Notes: generated from the letters alone by a model not told the origin. Positions 23,221 to 36,830 are shown, counted from the stretch's first letter. The stretch is DNA of 64,000 nt from the human T2T-CHM13v2.0 reference genome, Homo sapiens (GCF_009914755.1 NC_060931.1), one strand, 5' to 3'. Made by a program: numbers and translations.

Positions 23221-26200
23221 CTGTCCTCTCTTCAGTAGGGCTTTGAGTATACCGTGATTTCACCCCAGCAGACATCTGTACTCCTTCTGCCTTGAGGCTG
23301 TGATTTTTGTAGCATGGTGGAGGACAGAACAGGACAGGAGCAGCTCCTCCCTCCTTCACCTTCTCACAGATAAGAAGTAGGCCCTCGCCCCAGGCTCCAG
23401 CATGTCCCATTCAAACCAGCTTAAAATAGTCTTTAGCTTCCTCTGTCCCATTTCTAGGTTTATTTCTTTTCATTATTCCTTATATTACAAGTTTTCTTTG
23501 CAAAAGTTGGGGAACCAGCTAATCATCATCTTTGCAGGAACTGGAAATATATTTGAATTTGTTATATTTTTGAAGAACTAAGTACAGGTTCTGTTGATAC
23601 ATTTTATTGTCTCTATTTCTCCATTTTGTTGATTTTTAATTTCATTATTCTTTCCTTGTTTATTCTGGCTTGCTTTTTCATCCCCATTTAACAATTTTAA
23701 AATTGAACATCATTTCCCCTGAAAAAAAAGACTGTAGACATTTAGAGCAATAAATTCTCTATTGGCATCACAGTGTTCCACAAATATTAACGTAGTTTAT
23801 TTGTATTTTTTGTGTTAAAACATTTTGTGCCAGGTGTTGTGGATTTCTTCCAAGACTCGGTACTGTTTAAGAACTTTCCTTCCTCTTTTTTTAATGTTCA
23901 TGGAATAAGGCACATTTTAATTCTTAAAAATTTTCAATTTTATCGCACTAGGAACTGAGAATGTGGCAAGCTGAATTTTTGACTTTTTGTTTTTATTAAA
24001 TACACATTACATGCCAGAATATGGTCCCTTTCATGAAAGTTTCTTGAGTATACTTGCAAATACCTTTAGTTATTAGTAAAGTCTTCTCATTTGTCTATTA
24101 CAACATTATTTATTGTATTGTTAACCCCCATAATCTCTTTACTCACTTTTTAAATTGCCTTCATTTGCTTCATATTATTAATTTTGACCTTGGTCTATAC
24201 TCTCGTACATTTCTCCTCTTTGAATGGCTGTGATACCAAGAATCACTCTGTGTATATGTATGTTTACGTATGTACATATATGTATGTATGTAATTGGTTC
24301 TGTTTCTCTGGATAGCCTTTCTTCTGTTTTCAATTTTCCATTGCTTCTTATAGCCGTCTTTGTAGAGTAAGAACTTGTCAAATTATTTCAGTCATTAGGT
24401 CTTGGAATATGCTCCTTTCAGAGAGGAGAGCCGGCAGCTGGCGAGCACTGTGATCGCACCTACTTTCTGGTTTGTGCACATTCTCCTCAAGCCTCCTCCG
24501 CGCCTCACTCAAGGCAAAGTTTGATCTTCTTCTTCTCCTTATTTTAAACATTATCCCTTTTTATTCTCTGTGATTTGGAGGAGTATTAATTTGTCTTTAA
24601 TGTCTAAAGCTTGGAAAGTCATTTTGTCTGAGTGGAGACTTCCTTTGAGGATTACTCTCAAGCGCAACCCCATGCCTGTCCCTGCTTTAATACTAAGGCT
24701 CGCCTGTCATTCAAGTGAACGGAATCGTTGTCCTTTCTCTGGCTGTGTGGTCTTTACATTTCTGGCCTTTTCGAGTCTATCGGGTTCAGTTATTCACCGA
24801 GGGGATCTCCTCTCTCTTTTAGGTCCATGGGTTTATCTTGGACTGTGATCTTTGGCCTGAGAATTTACTTTGGTTTGGGTTTGCCATGCAAGGACATCTT
24901 CAGGATTGCTCCTTCTTAGCTGGGTTTTTCCCAGCTATTGCCCTAGGGAATGGTCGAAGTTACGGAGGTTTAGGGAATCTGTAAGAAAAAGAGGTTAGAG
25001 AGAGAATAGCAAAGGGCAAATAAGTGCACCCTGGCCTGTGTCTTAGAAGGTATCTGGGATGGGACTATGAGGAAGAATAGACAGTGAAAGGGTAGAAGGA
25101 TGAGTAAAGGGGAAGGAGAAGGAGGGCCAGAGTTGAACATTATAACTGGGTGCCCCTACAATTTGGAATAACTAATATGCCCTGTTTTTCCCTAGAGTAC
25201 AAATATCGGAGATCCTCTCCACATCTCTCTTTTCAAAATAGAGTTCCCAAAGTTCTGACCATCTCCTTTCAAGTATTTAACTTGTTAGTGTTCAGGGTTC
25301 CCTAGTACTTATGAGTTTTAGGGCTGGGGAAGGCTCAGTCTGGCTCAGTCTTGTCTCATTTTTCTGACTGTGAATAAGTAGAAAATCATCTTGGAGAGTT
25401 GTGTCCAAATAGCAGAACCTGGGTGACGTCCCGGTGATTCAAGTCCTTCAGATCCTGATGACTCAGAAAAGGCAGGCTGTGGAGGTTTGAGCCACTGTGG
25501 ATGAGCACCCCAGCTGGTTCAGAAACACTGCGGGCAAGGTGTGTTAGCTTTCTTCTGTGGCTGAAGCTCAGGGGTGGAGTGAAATTCTCAGCTATACAGA
25601 GGGGAGCACTCATGATGCTGGGGAAGCCGTCCTGTACCCAGGGCTCAGACCACACTGCTGGAGGCTGGTCCTCGTCTCCTGGAGGCTAGTCCTGGTCTTT
25701 GTGTAAATGCTCTCTCAGCCATTGTTTGAGAAGTGAGTTTCCAGAATCACATTCATTCACAGGGTGCTCGAGTCCCAGAAAGCTGGATCCTGCATGCTCT
25801 CCCACTAGTGAGGAGATCCCCCAGGTTACATATCAAGCTACTGACAGGGCCAAAGCAGGAGTCAGAGGCCCAGGTCAGAGTACAGTCCCAGTACAAGACT
25901 CCTTCTTGCCTCCCTGATCACCCACACCTCTCCCACCATGGGCACTCTTTCCCCCAGCCCCTCTAAGGGAGGCCCCCTTTAGGAACAGCCAGGTGATTTC
26001 TTTCTCTCACCTGGCATGTAGTTGGCAACTTTTCTAACAAACACAGATTTTATCCATTCAGAGTGCCCTTCTGGTGGGACCTCCACCATCTATCACTGAA
26101 TCCAAAGGAAGAAACCATTCATCAAGAAAGGGCACAAAAAGGAGGGTGGCCAGCTAGAGAGAGAACTGAGAAATTCAGTCAATATTGTTCCACTGATGAC

Positions 26201-26481
26201 CTGGAAGAGCACAATTTCAGTAAGTTAGATCAACAGAAGCTGTACTGGAGGGAGTTTTGAAGGAAATGAGAAAATAGAGACAGCAGGTGTATTCTTAGAT
26301 TATAGGAATTTAGTAGTAAAGAGAAATATATGTCAGCTATGGACACTGGGTGATTGTTTGATTTATCTTATCTCTGGTTATAGCCTTTCTAGTGTAAACC
26401 CCATGGTACTGCATACACTACTAGAATTGCCTTTTCTGCTTGGAAATATGCTGACTGGCCCAACTCCTACATATATTGCAG

Positions 26482-26600
26482 CAGGAGTCTCAGTATATGG
26501 CTCAGCAGGTTGTAGATTGCACAATGCATGCAAATGGTGTGAATGATGTTCCTGAGAATTGTACAGTGTACAGCCTGAGCAACCATATACAGCAACCCTG
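26482..26600. mobile_element. MER91A hAT-Tip100 MITE (palindromic)
   Basis: CAGG...GTATATGG...CAGGTTGTAGATTGCACAAT with the inverted arm ATTGTACAGTGTACAGCCTG...CCATATAC...CCTG. Confidence 0.7.
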
Positions 26601-28277
26601 ATTTTAGCACTCTGTTTTGAAGCAGAGAAGTAAGTATGTGCTACATTGTTTGTTTGACTCTGAATATATTCCTTTTTGTCTGGCAAGGTTGGGGAAATGA
26701 TGCATCTGTCTTCTCTCATTTATGGCCAGAGTATAAATATCATTAAAAAGTAAATAATGACAAAAATAAATCTTATAAGCATATCTCTGACAGTAGTAGT
26801 AGCTGTCTTGAGGAGAACATATGGTCATTGGCTGAGTATGGGATAATAAACACATAGAGAGAAATTCAATAGAAACTCAAGGTCATAAATGTAATGATTC
26901 TCCATTGGAGAGCAGTACACAGTTATTATTTTCAAGTAATATTCCTTGCTTCACAGGAGTAAACAAGGCTGGATACTTAAAACATCTTGCAAAATCATTA
27001 CCTGGTAGAAGCATTAAGCAGGCTTGAATTTAATAGCATTAAAGCTACAGGGAAAAATGTAAAAATTGTTCTTAGAAAATTGATCTTAATATATATTAAC
27101 ATTCTGATATATGTCAAGTATTAAAGTTGAACACATGAGTGTATATGGAAAATCAGAAAATGAAAAATAACTTAATCTAAACTTCTCATTTTACAGAAGA
27201 AGAAACCGGACATAACAAGTAATTTGTCTAAAGTCACACAACTAGTTTGTATCAAAATTGGAACTAGACATTTAGATCCTTACTAAATGCAGCCACCAGC
27301 AGCTATTTACAAAATCATATTCTAATACATAAAAAATCTTCTAAATAAGGGAGTTTAGATGAATTGTTTTGCAAATTAAATCCATATGTATCCTACTTCA
27401 AGCAAATCTGAAATGTAAAATTACAGATTTACAAAATATATAAATTAGAAGATAACTTTAAGGTGATTATATGTATTACATATATAGATGTATATATAAT
27501 AATAACTGGAATCATATATATATATGATCCCCTTAAATAGCAAACGCTTCCTTTTCTGGATTCTTTTACTTAAAATGCAACCTGACTCACAAAAGTTCAG
27601 TCAGCTTACACATTTAAAAAAGAATCTACTGTACAAAGCAAAGTTTATCTGTAAGTGTCATCCAATTTGTAACTTTTAAAACTCCCATTTTCATATGTTC
27701 TACAGAGAAGCATAGCACTAAAAAGGATTTATTAGTTTTCTTGAATATCTGGACCATCTTAAAGATTAGCACTTCAGAGCTGGCAAGCACAAGACTTCTA
27801 ATTATGGCTCTAGCTGTAGTAGGATTCTGAATACATTTTCCCACATCTATTTCCTGAACCTTCTGCATTTGAGTGTTTTCCTTAGTGATGAATGAATGTG
27901 TAGAATATGGATGTTTTTTGCATGTGATCTTGACCTAAGTATTATGGATGCAAATGGTATCAGATAAGTTTCCTTGTTCCAAGTTTCATGTCAGAATTCA
28001 GCTCCTATTGAACAGAGCCCTGTTTGGCTGAATAGAGAGAAATTTTCTAAGATTGGTAGAAATGGCCTCAAAAGATTTTGAATTCCATTGGTGTTCAGTA
28101 TGTTGCAATAATGAAATTTTGCTGAAATTTCCTTTAATATTCAGGAATCGGTTGAGCAGAGAGGGATTTTATCAGAAATTTAATTCCCACTGACCCCACA
28201 GGGTGGCTGGGAGAATCCAATAAGATGATGGGAGCAAAAGTGCCTTGTAAATGGTAAAGAACCACATAAAAATGCCA

Positions 28278-28666
28278 TGTAACCAGATTTAAGCTTTAGG
28301 TTGGCCAGACATGTGTTGAGTAAGGACATTACTACAGGAGCATTAGTAAGGGGATATTATCACAGCTATGCTGCCCCGAACATGCCCCATCTCCTCTAAT
28401 CTCAGAAGCTAAGCAGGGCAGGGCCTGGCTAGTACTTGGATGGGAGAAAGGGAACATCAGAGGACTTGCAGAGTCATGGTAGTGAGATGATTTTAACCCC
28501 TTCTGCTTTGGGAAGGGCAGGAATGTACTATTTACGGTTTGCAGTCCAGCGCAAGAGCCCCAGATAGGAGGTGGTTGTGGTCTAGAGTTGGCTAGTCTAG
28601 GGTCAGCAAGGCCCCAGATGTCAAAACATCAAAAATACAGAAAATAAAAAGGACATGCTTACTACA
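28278..28666 (-). mobile_element. ERV1 solo LTR (MER39/MER93-like) hosting the 5S retrocopy
   Basis: TG...CA termini. Reverse complement begins TGTAGTAAGCATGTCCTTTTTATTTTCTGTATTTTTGATGTTTTGACATCTGGGGCCTTGCTGACCCT. Confidence 0.6.
28359..28447 (+). pseudogene. 5S rRNA retropseudogene (RNA5SP-type), nt ~1-90, 3'-truncated, no A-tail
   Basis: Aligns to human 5S (…GAACGCGCCCGATCTCGTCTGATCTCGGAAGCTAAGCAGGGTCGGGCCTGGTTAGTACTTGGATGGGAGA), with many differences at CpG sites. Degenerate TSD AAGGGGATATT / AAGGGAACATC. Confidence 0.92.
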
Positions 28667-30076
28667 AGAGAACACGTTAAATGAAGATTTCTACTGCTTA
28701 GGCTGATGGCCTGTCAACACAACCTCCCAGTGTATACTAAAGAGACTGTGAAGTCCCCTCAAATGACCCCATCTTGGGATGGCTTAGAGGCCTAGGAGGT
28801 GGGGCAAGTACCCAGGGGAGGAGGCAGGGGGCAGATGCCACACAGGGGCCTAAGAAGCTGTGGAAAGTCTGAAAAGGACTTCCTTAGGAGGACTCTTGAT
28901 GTGGTGATTAACTGACATAATAACCTTTTTCCTACCAGTTTTGGAGATTGCTGAGAAACACTTTCTCTACCTGGTCAGATTTAAAGGAGCACTGTGATAT
29001 GGGTTTTTAATTTGATGCAGTACTCAGCAGGTATAACAACAATTGTGTTTTTCTTACTAGAAAGACCTTTCTCTTGTGTCTTTTAAGGTTTCGTAGAGAA
29101 AAGGTGGATCACTCTGTGTTCTTTTCTCCTTTAGGCCATTTCTAAAGAAAAAAAAATCAGGTCTTCTGTGCTCACAATGCCTTAGCTATATATGTAGGTA
29201 TATAGGATCAACAACTTATGCAAGAGAACTCAGTCATGCCAGGAAGACCAGCAAAAGCCTGGTTCCTGCAACTGTTCTGGGACCAAGCCTCCCTTCTTCC
29301 TGCCAGTGGTGGGCCATGGCCAGGGAAATGTAAATTTGCCATTTAAAGATCCTAGCCTTCTTTGGTTTGAACATCTCCATTGAGTAAATGATCTACATCA
29401 GCCTTATGGGCTTCTCTACCCTGGCATCTCTCAGTCAAAATGGTGTCTGGATGAGGGCAGGAGCTTTAGGGGAAGGAAGTTGGTCTGTGTGGGTTTCTGT
29501 GTGGTCGCCGGGTTTCTCTTCCTCTGTGGGGATGCCATTAGTCTCCTTGGTCACTGGGTATCCTGCTCGTGTCTGCTGTCATAGTCCACCCTGGGGTAAG
29601 CTTCTGGTCTTTCTAGGGGACACATCAGGGACAGGCTATTTCCTATCCCATCTCCTGCGGGCTCTCCTCTGAACTGCTCTTTTTCCAACAGTAGGGCTTT
29701 CCCCATCCTTCCTGTCTGGTGGGCTACCCCCTACTCCCTTCCCAGCAGAGCCTCACTTTTCTTCCCTGTGCGATGAACTTCCCCTGATTTGGGCAGCTCA
29801 CATCCCCATCTTCCTTGGCACACTAAACCTTACAGCTGAGTCTCAATAGCTGCTGGGACCACGGAGAAAACCCAGCTTCCTTATGAGGAAACATATGTTT
29901 TTACATGTTGTCACAAATGCACAAGTGTTTATAATGAGTGGAATTACTGGGAAGAAAGGCCACCTTAAACTAAGAAAAGGTTGTCACTATTGAAGCTTTT
30001 CATTTTCAAATGCAGCTATCCCATCCTTTCATACCTGAGAGTGGGATTGCCAGAATTAATTACCTGGAGGCTCTTG

Positions 30077-30250
30077 TGTGGTGGTTCTCATGCCTGGCTG
30101 CTGAGGGGATTCTAGAATATTGGTGTCCATGCTCAAGTCCCACTCACAACCAATTAAATCAGAATCTTTGGGCCTGGGGCCTGGGCTTTAGTATTATTTT
30201 AAAAGCTCCCTGTTGATTATAATATGCAAGAAGGGTTGAGAATAACTGCC
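30077..30250. mobile_element. MER5B hAT-Charlie MITE
   Basis: TGGTTCTCATGCCTGGCTGC...CCAATTAAATCAGAATCT...TTTTAAAAGCTCCC...GGGTTGAGAATAACTG. Confidence 0.7.
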
Positions 30251-30257
30251 TGATACC

Positions 30258-30388
30258 TCAGACCAGCAGCATCGACCTCACCTGGGTACTTTGTCAGACA
30301 TGCAGAATCTCAATCCCAAGCCCAGACCCGCAGACCCAGAATCAGCATTTCAGCAAGATCCGCAAGGGAGTCCTGTGAGAAGTGCTGA
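30258..30388. mobile_element. MER5A1-like MITE fragment
   Basis: GACCAGCAGCATCGACCTCACCTGGG...ATGCAGAATCTCA...GCATTTCAGCAAGATCC. Confidence 0.6.
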
Positions 30389-30580
30389 TAGTTTCTGGGT
30401 CCTTCCCTGGAGTCAGGACTCAGCGTGAACTCAAGGACCTGCAAGGCTCTGTATTGGACAGACCAAACCCTGCCTTGTGTTTCTCTGCCTCATACCTCAA
30501 TATTGCTTTGTGAGTGAAATTAAGTTATAATGTTCATCAAGTGCAGCTTCAGTGATGACAACAGCCAGTCCAAGGTATGC

Positions 30581-30646
30581 ACAGAGAGAGAGAGAGAGAG
30601 ACAGAGAGAGACAGAGAAACAGAGAGAGAGACAGAGAGAGAGAGAG
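30581..30646. repeat. (GA)n / (GAGACA)n microsatellite
   Basis: Read directly from the sequence. Confidence 0.95.
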
Positions 30647-30963
30647 CGGCCCATGTGCTTGGCATTGGTGGCTTGGTCACCAGTGAGATAAACATGCTCC
30701 CAAGCCCCTTTGAGTTAAGGTGTGGTTGGCCTTTTGCTTATTTGAGCCCCAGGGCTACCTCCCTCTGGACTTCCTCTCTCTCACTTTTCTGGATTGCAGA
30801 AATAAGTGTTGTTCAAACCAGAGAGGTGGGAAGTGTGAGTGTGGAACAATGCATGGCCTTGGAGGCAGACAGACCTGAGTCCAAATTCCAGTTTCCCATG
30901 GAACTTTGTGCCATCCCATATCTCACCAACTCCCTATTATTAATTGGTGCTCAGGGAGTGACA

Positions 30964-31381
30964 CTGTTTCTCTTATGGGTATCAAAGAAAAACTCAGTCC
31001 GAGGCAATAATTAGCCAAGGCTGATTTTTCATAAACTTGTGGCAGGGGCACCCATTTCCTGTTCTTTCATTTCAGCAGGGGTTCAAGGGTGTTTGAAGGA
31101 AAGTGAGGTTTTTAGGGTAAAAAGGAGGAAACACCAAGGCTGTGTCTGATTGGCGACTGTTCTATTAGGGTGGGATTTTTTAAGGCAGGGAACACTCTTC
31201 ATTTGGCCTTCGGGTACATTTGACAGTCAAGTTTGGCTATAAGGGGACAAGCTAGCAGGTTGGGGACATTTCAAAAGAGGAAGGAAGGTTTTCTGTGGCT
31301 TGGCCATTTCCCAGAACCAATGGGGATTGATGATGAGGTGCTTTTTCAGGGTCACTGCCACAGCAGGTTTTTTTTCTCACA
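30964..31381 (-). mobile_element. MER67/MER31-like ERV1 LTR
   Basis: Reverse complement starts TGTGAGAAAAAAAACCTGCTGTGGCAGTGACCCTGAAAAAGCACCTC...TTCTGGGAAATGG. Contains a CCAAT box (CTGATTGG). Confidence 0.45.
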
Positions 31382-34300
31382 AAATTGCAGAGAGGATATT
31401 ATTTGCATCTGAGGCCTGGACATGGCAGGCAACAATAGAAAAGTCCATCTTCCCGGGCTCCATCTCCTAGGGAAGCTGGAGTCTACTTTGTTGTTTTAAT
31501 TCACAAATCTACCTTCATTCCCCTTGCTAGGAGCACAGAGGCTTATTCACTCTGAGTTTCAAGGTCAGATGTTTCACCTTGGGGGTTTTATTCCCTGCCT
31601 ACAGCTGGAAAAGTGATAGTTTACAATTATGTCTTTCAAACAGATTTCTCTTCAAATAAAAAGAAAGAAGTATGAGGTGAAACTCACCTAATGACAGCAA
31701 CGCAGCACTGAAAAAAAAAAAAAAAGCTGGGGCATTAAATCACCATCCTTTTGGGTGACCTGTGTTAAATTAAATGTCATCCAAGTCATATAAATTATTC
31801 CCAGAGATGGATGAGCCACTTCTGCCTTTTTAACTACCGGTAGCCATCCCCACTGTTATGAAAGCAGTGAATTGCCTTTTGATGGAAACTGTGTGGTTTT
31901 GGCTGTCTTCAAGTTACCCATTTAATCGACATTGCTGGCTAAGAATTGGAAGAGAGTTTAAGGCTCTAATATAAGCCCTTTGGAGCATGTGGAATGCCAC
32001 ATCCTTGCATGTTTTCCAATCCTCTATACTTCTTGTGCCTTCTAGGAAAACTAGGCTTTTACAGAGTGACACGTGCCCTTGCTAATCCCAACTTTAAGAC
32101 AAAGCAAGCCTTTGGAATGTTCTTATTTAAGTATACTGATGTCGGCACTGGGGAAACCTTACCAAGTCATCCAGCCACCTCCCCTCCCCACTGAGGGCTT
32201 CAGCATTCCTCACCTACTTTTTACCATCTCCCCTTCTCCTGGCTACCACCTTGAAGCTGGTTACTAGTATGGGAAATTGGGATCAGTTTGGAGGAAAAGA
32301 GTTTCTGAAAGTGGGAAGAAGGGAAGCCAGTCCTCTCAAATAATAAGGATTTTTGCAAAATTCTAGTGTGCCTGGGGCAAGAATAAGTGATTCAAGTTTG
32401 TATTTTTGGGGAGGAGAATATGGATCAGTAGATGAGGACTTGTAGAGGTCAAGGACAGGAAAGGAACATGTAGGAACCCAGCCTGGGGAGAAGGCCTCCT
32501 TAGAGTGAGTAACTGTCCCCAAAATACAAGTGAGTCCATCTGTGATGAATTATGACACTGGATCATATTCAGAGACACATAGTGAAGACATCATAAAGTC
32601 ACGATCCATAATTCAAATCTTTACACAGTCTCTGAGGGAAGTGTGTCCCTAATGCAGCAAACTATCTTAAAATCCTCTCTCTCTCTAACCCCTTCTCAAT
32701 TGATTCTATGCAGAATGCAGCTAATTCCTGAATCTCTCCTTTCCATTCCCTTGACTGTTAAGCCCAAACTTCCAAAATCCTGCATGACTCTTCTTTTCTC
32801 TGTCCATGTTACCCAGGATTTCTAGATGGTTTTACTTTTTCTTCTTTTATTTCAACAATTTTGCTTTTCTTTTCCTTTTCAAAATATATCTTCTTCCACT
32901 ATGCATGACCTCAATGTGTGCAATGAAGTGTGAGCTGGGGGATGGACAGAGGGGAGAATGCCCTCTGAATTTTCAGACATTCCTAATTTTTGTCCGTGTC
33001 TCATCATGTTAAGGGGAAGATGTGTGAATCGATCTTGGAGGAACCAAGGGGTCCCAAAGGGTACAGAAGAAGGAGGAAGAGCAAAGGGATAAAAGCAGAG
33101 GAGACATGCTGTCTCTTTCTCCTGGGTTGATTGCCTGGGAACAGGCACCTCATGGGGTGCTTCTGAATGAAGGCCAGTGAGTTTGGTCATTGTAGGGAGG
33201 GCTGCTTCTCCTTCACAAGCATACACCTGAGTGCTGGAGAGCAAAGGCATTGGCTTTCTACTGAACAAGGGCTCTTAGAGAAAGAGCTCTGGCCATGACA
33301 CAGAAATGGGAGAGAGGGCAGGAAAGACAGACGAGCCTGGAGTTTAGGGCTGGGGAAGTACTGCCTAACCTGGGATAAAGCAGAAAGGATTTGGAAGAGA
33401 CTTAAAGAGGCATCAGACCATGCCATGCTAATTGGGGCAGGAGAGACTATGAACCCATAACTTACTCTTCTGTAACTGGGTTATGCTCAAAGATGCTTCT
33501 TCCTTCCCCAGCTCATCAGAGGACCATGTATAGCTATTTTTCCCAGGGCAGTGCCTGACCCCTTCTCATGGGGTGTCAGATTAGGATCTAGGGGCTTGAG
33601 AAGATGAGAAGGGTGAGAGGGCATGTGTTATTTGAGATCTGAGTTTGCAACAGTGCTTGAGAATCTTTCCTTCCTTCCTTAACTCAGCAATCATTAGTTC
33701 AGTGTATCTGATATGCCAAGCACTGTGCTGGTCATGTCACAGATGGAAAGCTGAGCTTCTGATGCCCAGCAACTGACCTGAGGTCACCAGTCAGACATGA
33801 GCAGAGCGGGTCTCCAACCCTCAGGACCTTCGCTATCACATCCCAAGGCCTTCTTCTCCCTTAATCAATCGAGCCACTCTGTGAATTCCAGTCATTTGCA
33901 TATTTTCTCCTCTGTGAATGCAAAGGATCTCAGCCTAGAGTGGAATGACTTATCCTTGATAGCCCAGTAACTTTCTATTCCTAAACCCAGTGGACCTTCC
34001 CAAGATGTGAGCTATTGAAAATCTCTTCTTTAATTAAAAAGTTTTCCTTAGATTGAGCATAGCCCTGTGGGCATTTCTCATACCATTAGTCACTGGACAC
34101 ATTCAAGAAATGCATCTATGTTTCTGGTAAGTTGCATACAACTTGTTTTCTGTACACAACACCAGTCAGGGCTGAGCTCTGGACTATCTGTGCATGTTAG
34201 CAGCTGCAAATTCTAAACTGGGCAAAATGCCACTTGTTTGAAACACTGATAGGGTGCATCTAGGGGGTAATGGGATTCTTTGATATAGAGGCAGGAAATA

Positions 34301-34602
34301 GTTCAGTCAAACTGTAGGAAAACTACAGTGATAATTTCATGTTGAGACATTCCAAGGCCCCTTTTGTTACAGCATGTCAGGGAAGCATTTGAATGTACAG
34401 TAATACCTCTTAGTTATTCAAAACATATGTCCATGAAATATTTGAGCTTTTCAATAACACATTATTATAAAGGGCTTATATGTTATTTCTTCTTTTTGAA
34501 GGAAAAACAAAATAAGACCAGGACAAAAGAGAGAAAGTATAGAAAAGAGGGAAAAATATTGTTTTGATTTTAAATGCAACTCACGTAAAAAAATGAATCC
34601 TC

Positions 34603-34909
<307 letters not shown>

Positions 34910-35899
34910 TCAAATCTGACTTTTCTGGATGGATGAAGCATAGGCAGGATGCGAGGAGGAGACTGAGTTCCTCTTCCGGTCTGGGGAAGAGTGTGTCACT
35001 GTGGGGCAATGAACCGAGAACCTGAAGCCTTCTTTTCTCTGTAAGTCACAGATGTGAAACCCTGAGGCTCAGCTGCATACTGGACCCTTGCAATGATTCT
35101 GCCCCGTACATGCAGGGCATTGGACAGAGGGAATAAAATCTTGAGGATTCAGTGTTTCAAGGCTGGGAGACTCGGGAGCTGTAGAAAAGGCATCTGGGAG
35201 TCTTTCTCCCCATTGTGGTCCACTGGCAGTGAATTTCTCCAACAGTACCAGGCAGTTGAGGGAAACCTTCATTCATTCATTCACTCATTCATTCCTCCAC
35301 CAACAGATGCTTATTACGACTTCAATGTCTCAGGAGGGGTTTGTAAGTTTAAAGTCCCTAACTTAATTAGCCAATGTTACAAACGTATTTTTTCCAGAAG
35401 GAAGACAGCCATGCAGTGGGGAGCAGAAGCAGCAGGTCTCAGTAGAGCATCCTCTGGCCCCAGAGTCAGTAATGGAACACTCTGTTTGCCACGGTCTGAA
35501 CTGATCTAGAGACCTTTTTCCTTGCCATGTCTCTGCCCTTGTGGCCTCACTGCAAATAACTCACACTAGCAGTCTATTTGCTTTCATTTCAGTGACTATT
35601 ACAAATGTTACTCTTTCTGATTCTTGTGTAAACTCAGCGTCGGCAAGGATCCTTCCTCCTCTGAGAGGATAAAGCAGAATCAGTGCCCAGAAGTTCGAAC
35701 CAGACAGTACCTCTGCCTTGCAAGACCCTACTACAAGTCAAGAACTGACTTCTCTGGGGACTCAGTGAGAGCCAGACACTCTGGGTCTATGCCCTGGAGG
35801 AGCTTGCAGTCAAAAAGGAAAATCAGGAAATGTGCCTCTGCCCAGAAGGCACAGTGGCCAGTGCAAAGTGCTGCAGAGGGGAGATCTCATACACAGTGC

Positions 35900-36130
35900 A
35901 GCCCTCGTGACTCTGAGCCATGCTGCCAGGCTTCAGTATCACTCTGCTGCTTACTAGCATGTGAGCTTAGGCAAGTTATTGAGGTGGTCTGGGCCTCAGT
36001 TTCCTCAGCTGTAAAATGGGCTTAATAATAAGCACCTACCTCTTAGAGTGGTCCGGAGGAGTAAATATCAATATATGAAAAGTGTGTAAACAGTGCCTGG
36101 TGAGCAGTCCATGTTGCCTTTTGGTATTAT
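35900..36130 (+). mobile_element. MIR SINE
   Basis: CTTACTAGCATGTGAGCTTAGGCAAGTTATT...GGGCCTCAGTTTCCTCAGCTGTAAAATGGG. Confidence 0.8.
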
Positions 36131-36430
36131 TATCTACATCTGCTTGTTATAAAGGTCAATTCCCATTACTATGGAACTCATGTTCATTGCTAAAAGCAAT
36201 AGTGTGTGACCTTCCCTTGTCTTTTTATTCTTTGGAGCTTGTTTTATAAAGAGAGTGTTATCTCTCTGCAATGCAGCAGACCTTTGGAGATAGCACCAAG
36301 TTGGTGTCTGCACACACAAGCCATACCATACTTCCTTGGGCTGTCCAGAAACTCGTTGGCAGGTGGCCCTTGCACCCACATGGCTCAATGGGATGGCCCC
36401 ATGGTTGTGCCACATTGCCCAGGGACTTAA

Positions 36431-36830
<400 letters not shown>

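Noticed and set aside
24917-24937. Perfect hairpin TAGCTGGG-TTTTT-CCCAGCTA as a terminator
   Set aside because: An 8-bp stem is expected by chance in 64 kb, and intrinsic terminators do not apply to this eukaryotic DNA.
27510-27530. Perfect palindrome ATCATATATATATATGAT
   Set aside because: Mostly a trivial (AT)n microsatellite.
28359-28447. Functional 5S rRNA gene
   Set aside because: Lacks the last ~30 nt and the oligo-T terminator, is heavily mutated, and is isolated rather than in a tandem 5S cluster.
30577-31014. 145-aa ORF with an Arg/Glu-rich N-terminus
   Set aside because: The RE/TE repeat is the translated (GA)n microsatellite, and the rest runs into MIR/LTR sequence.
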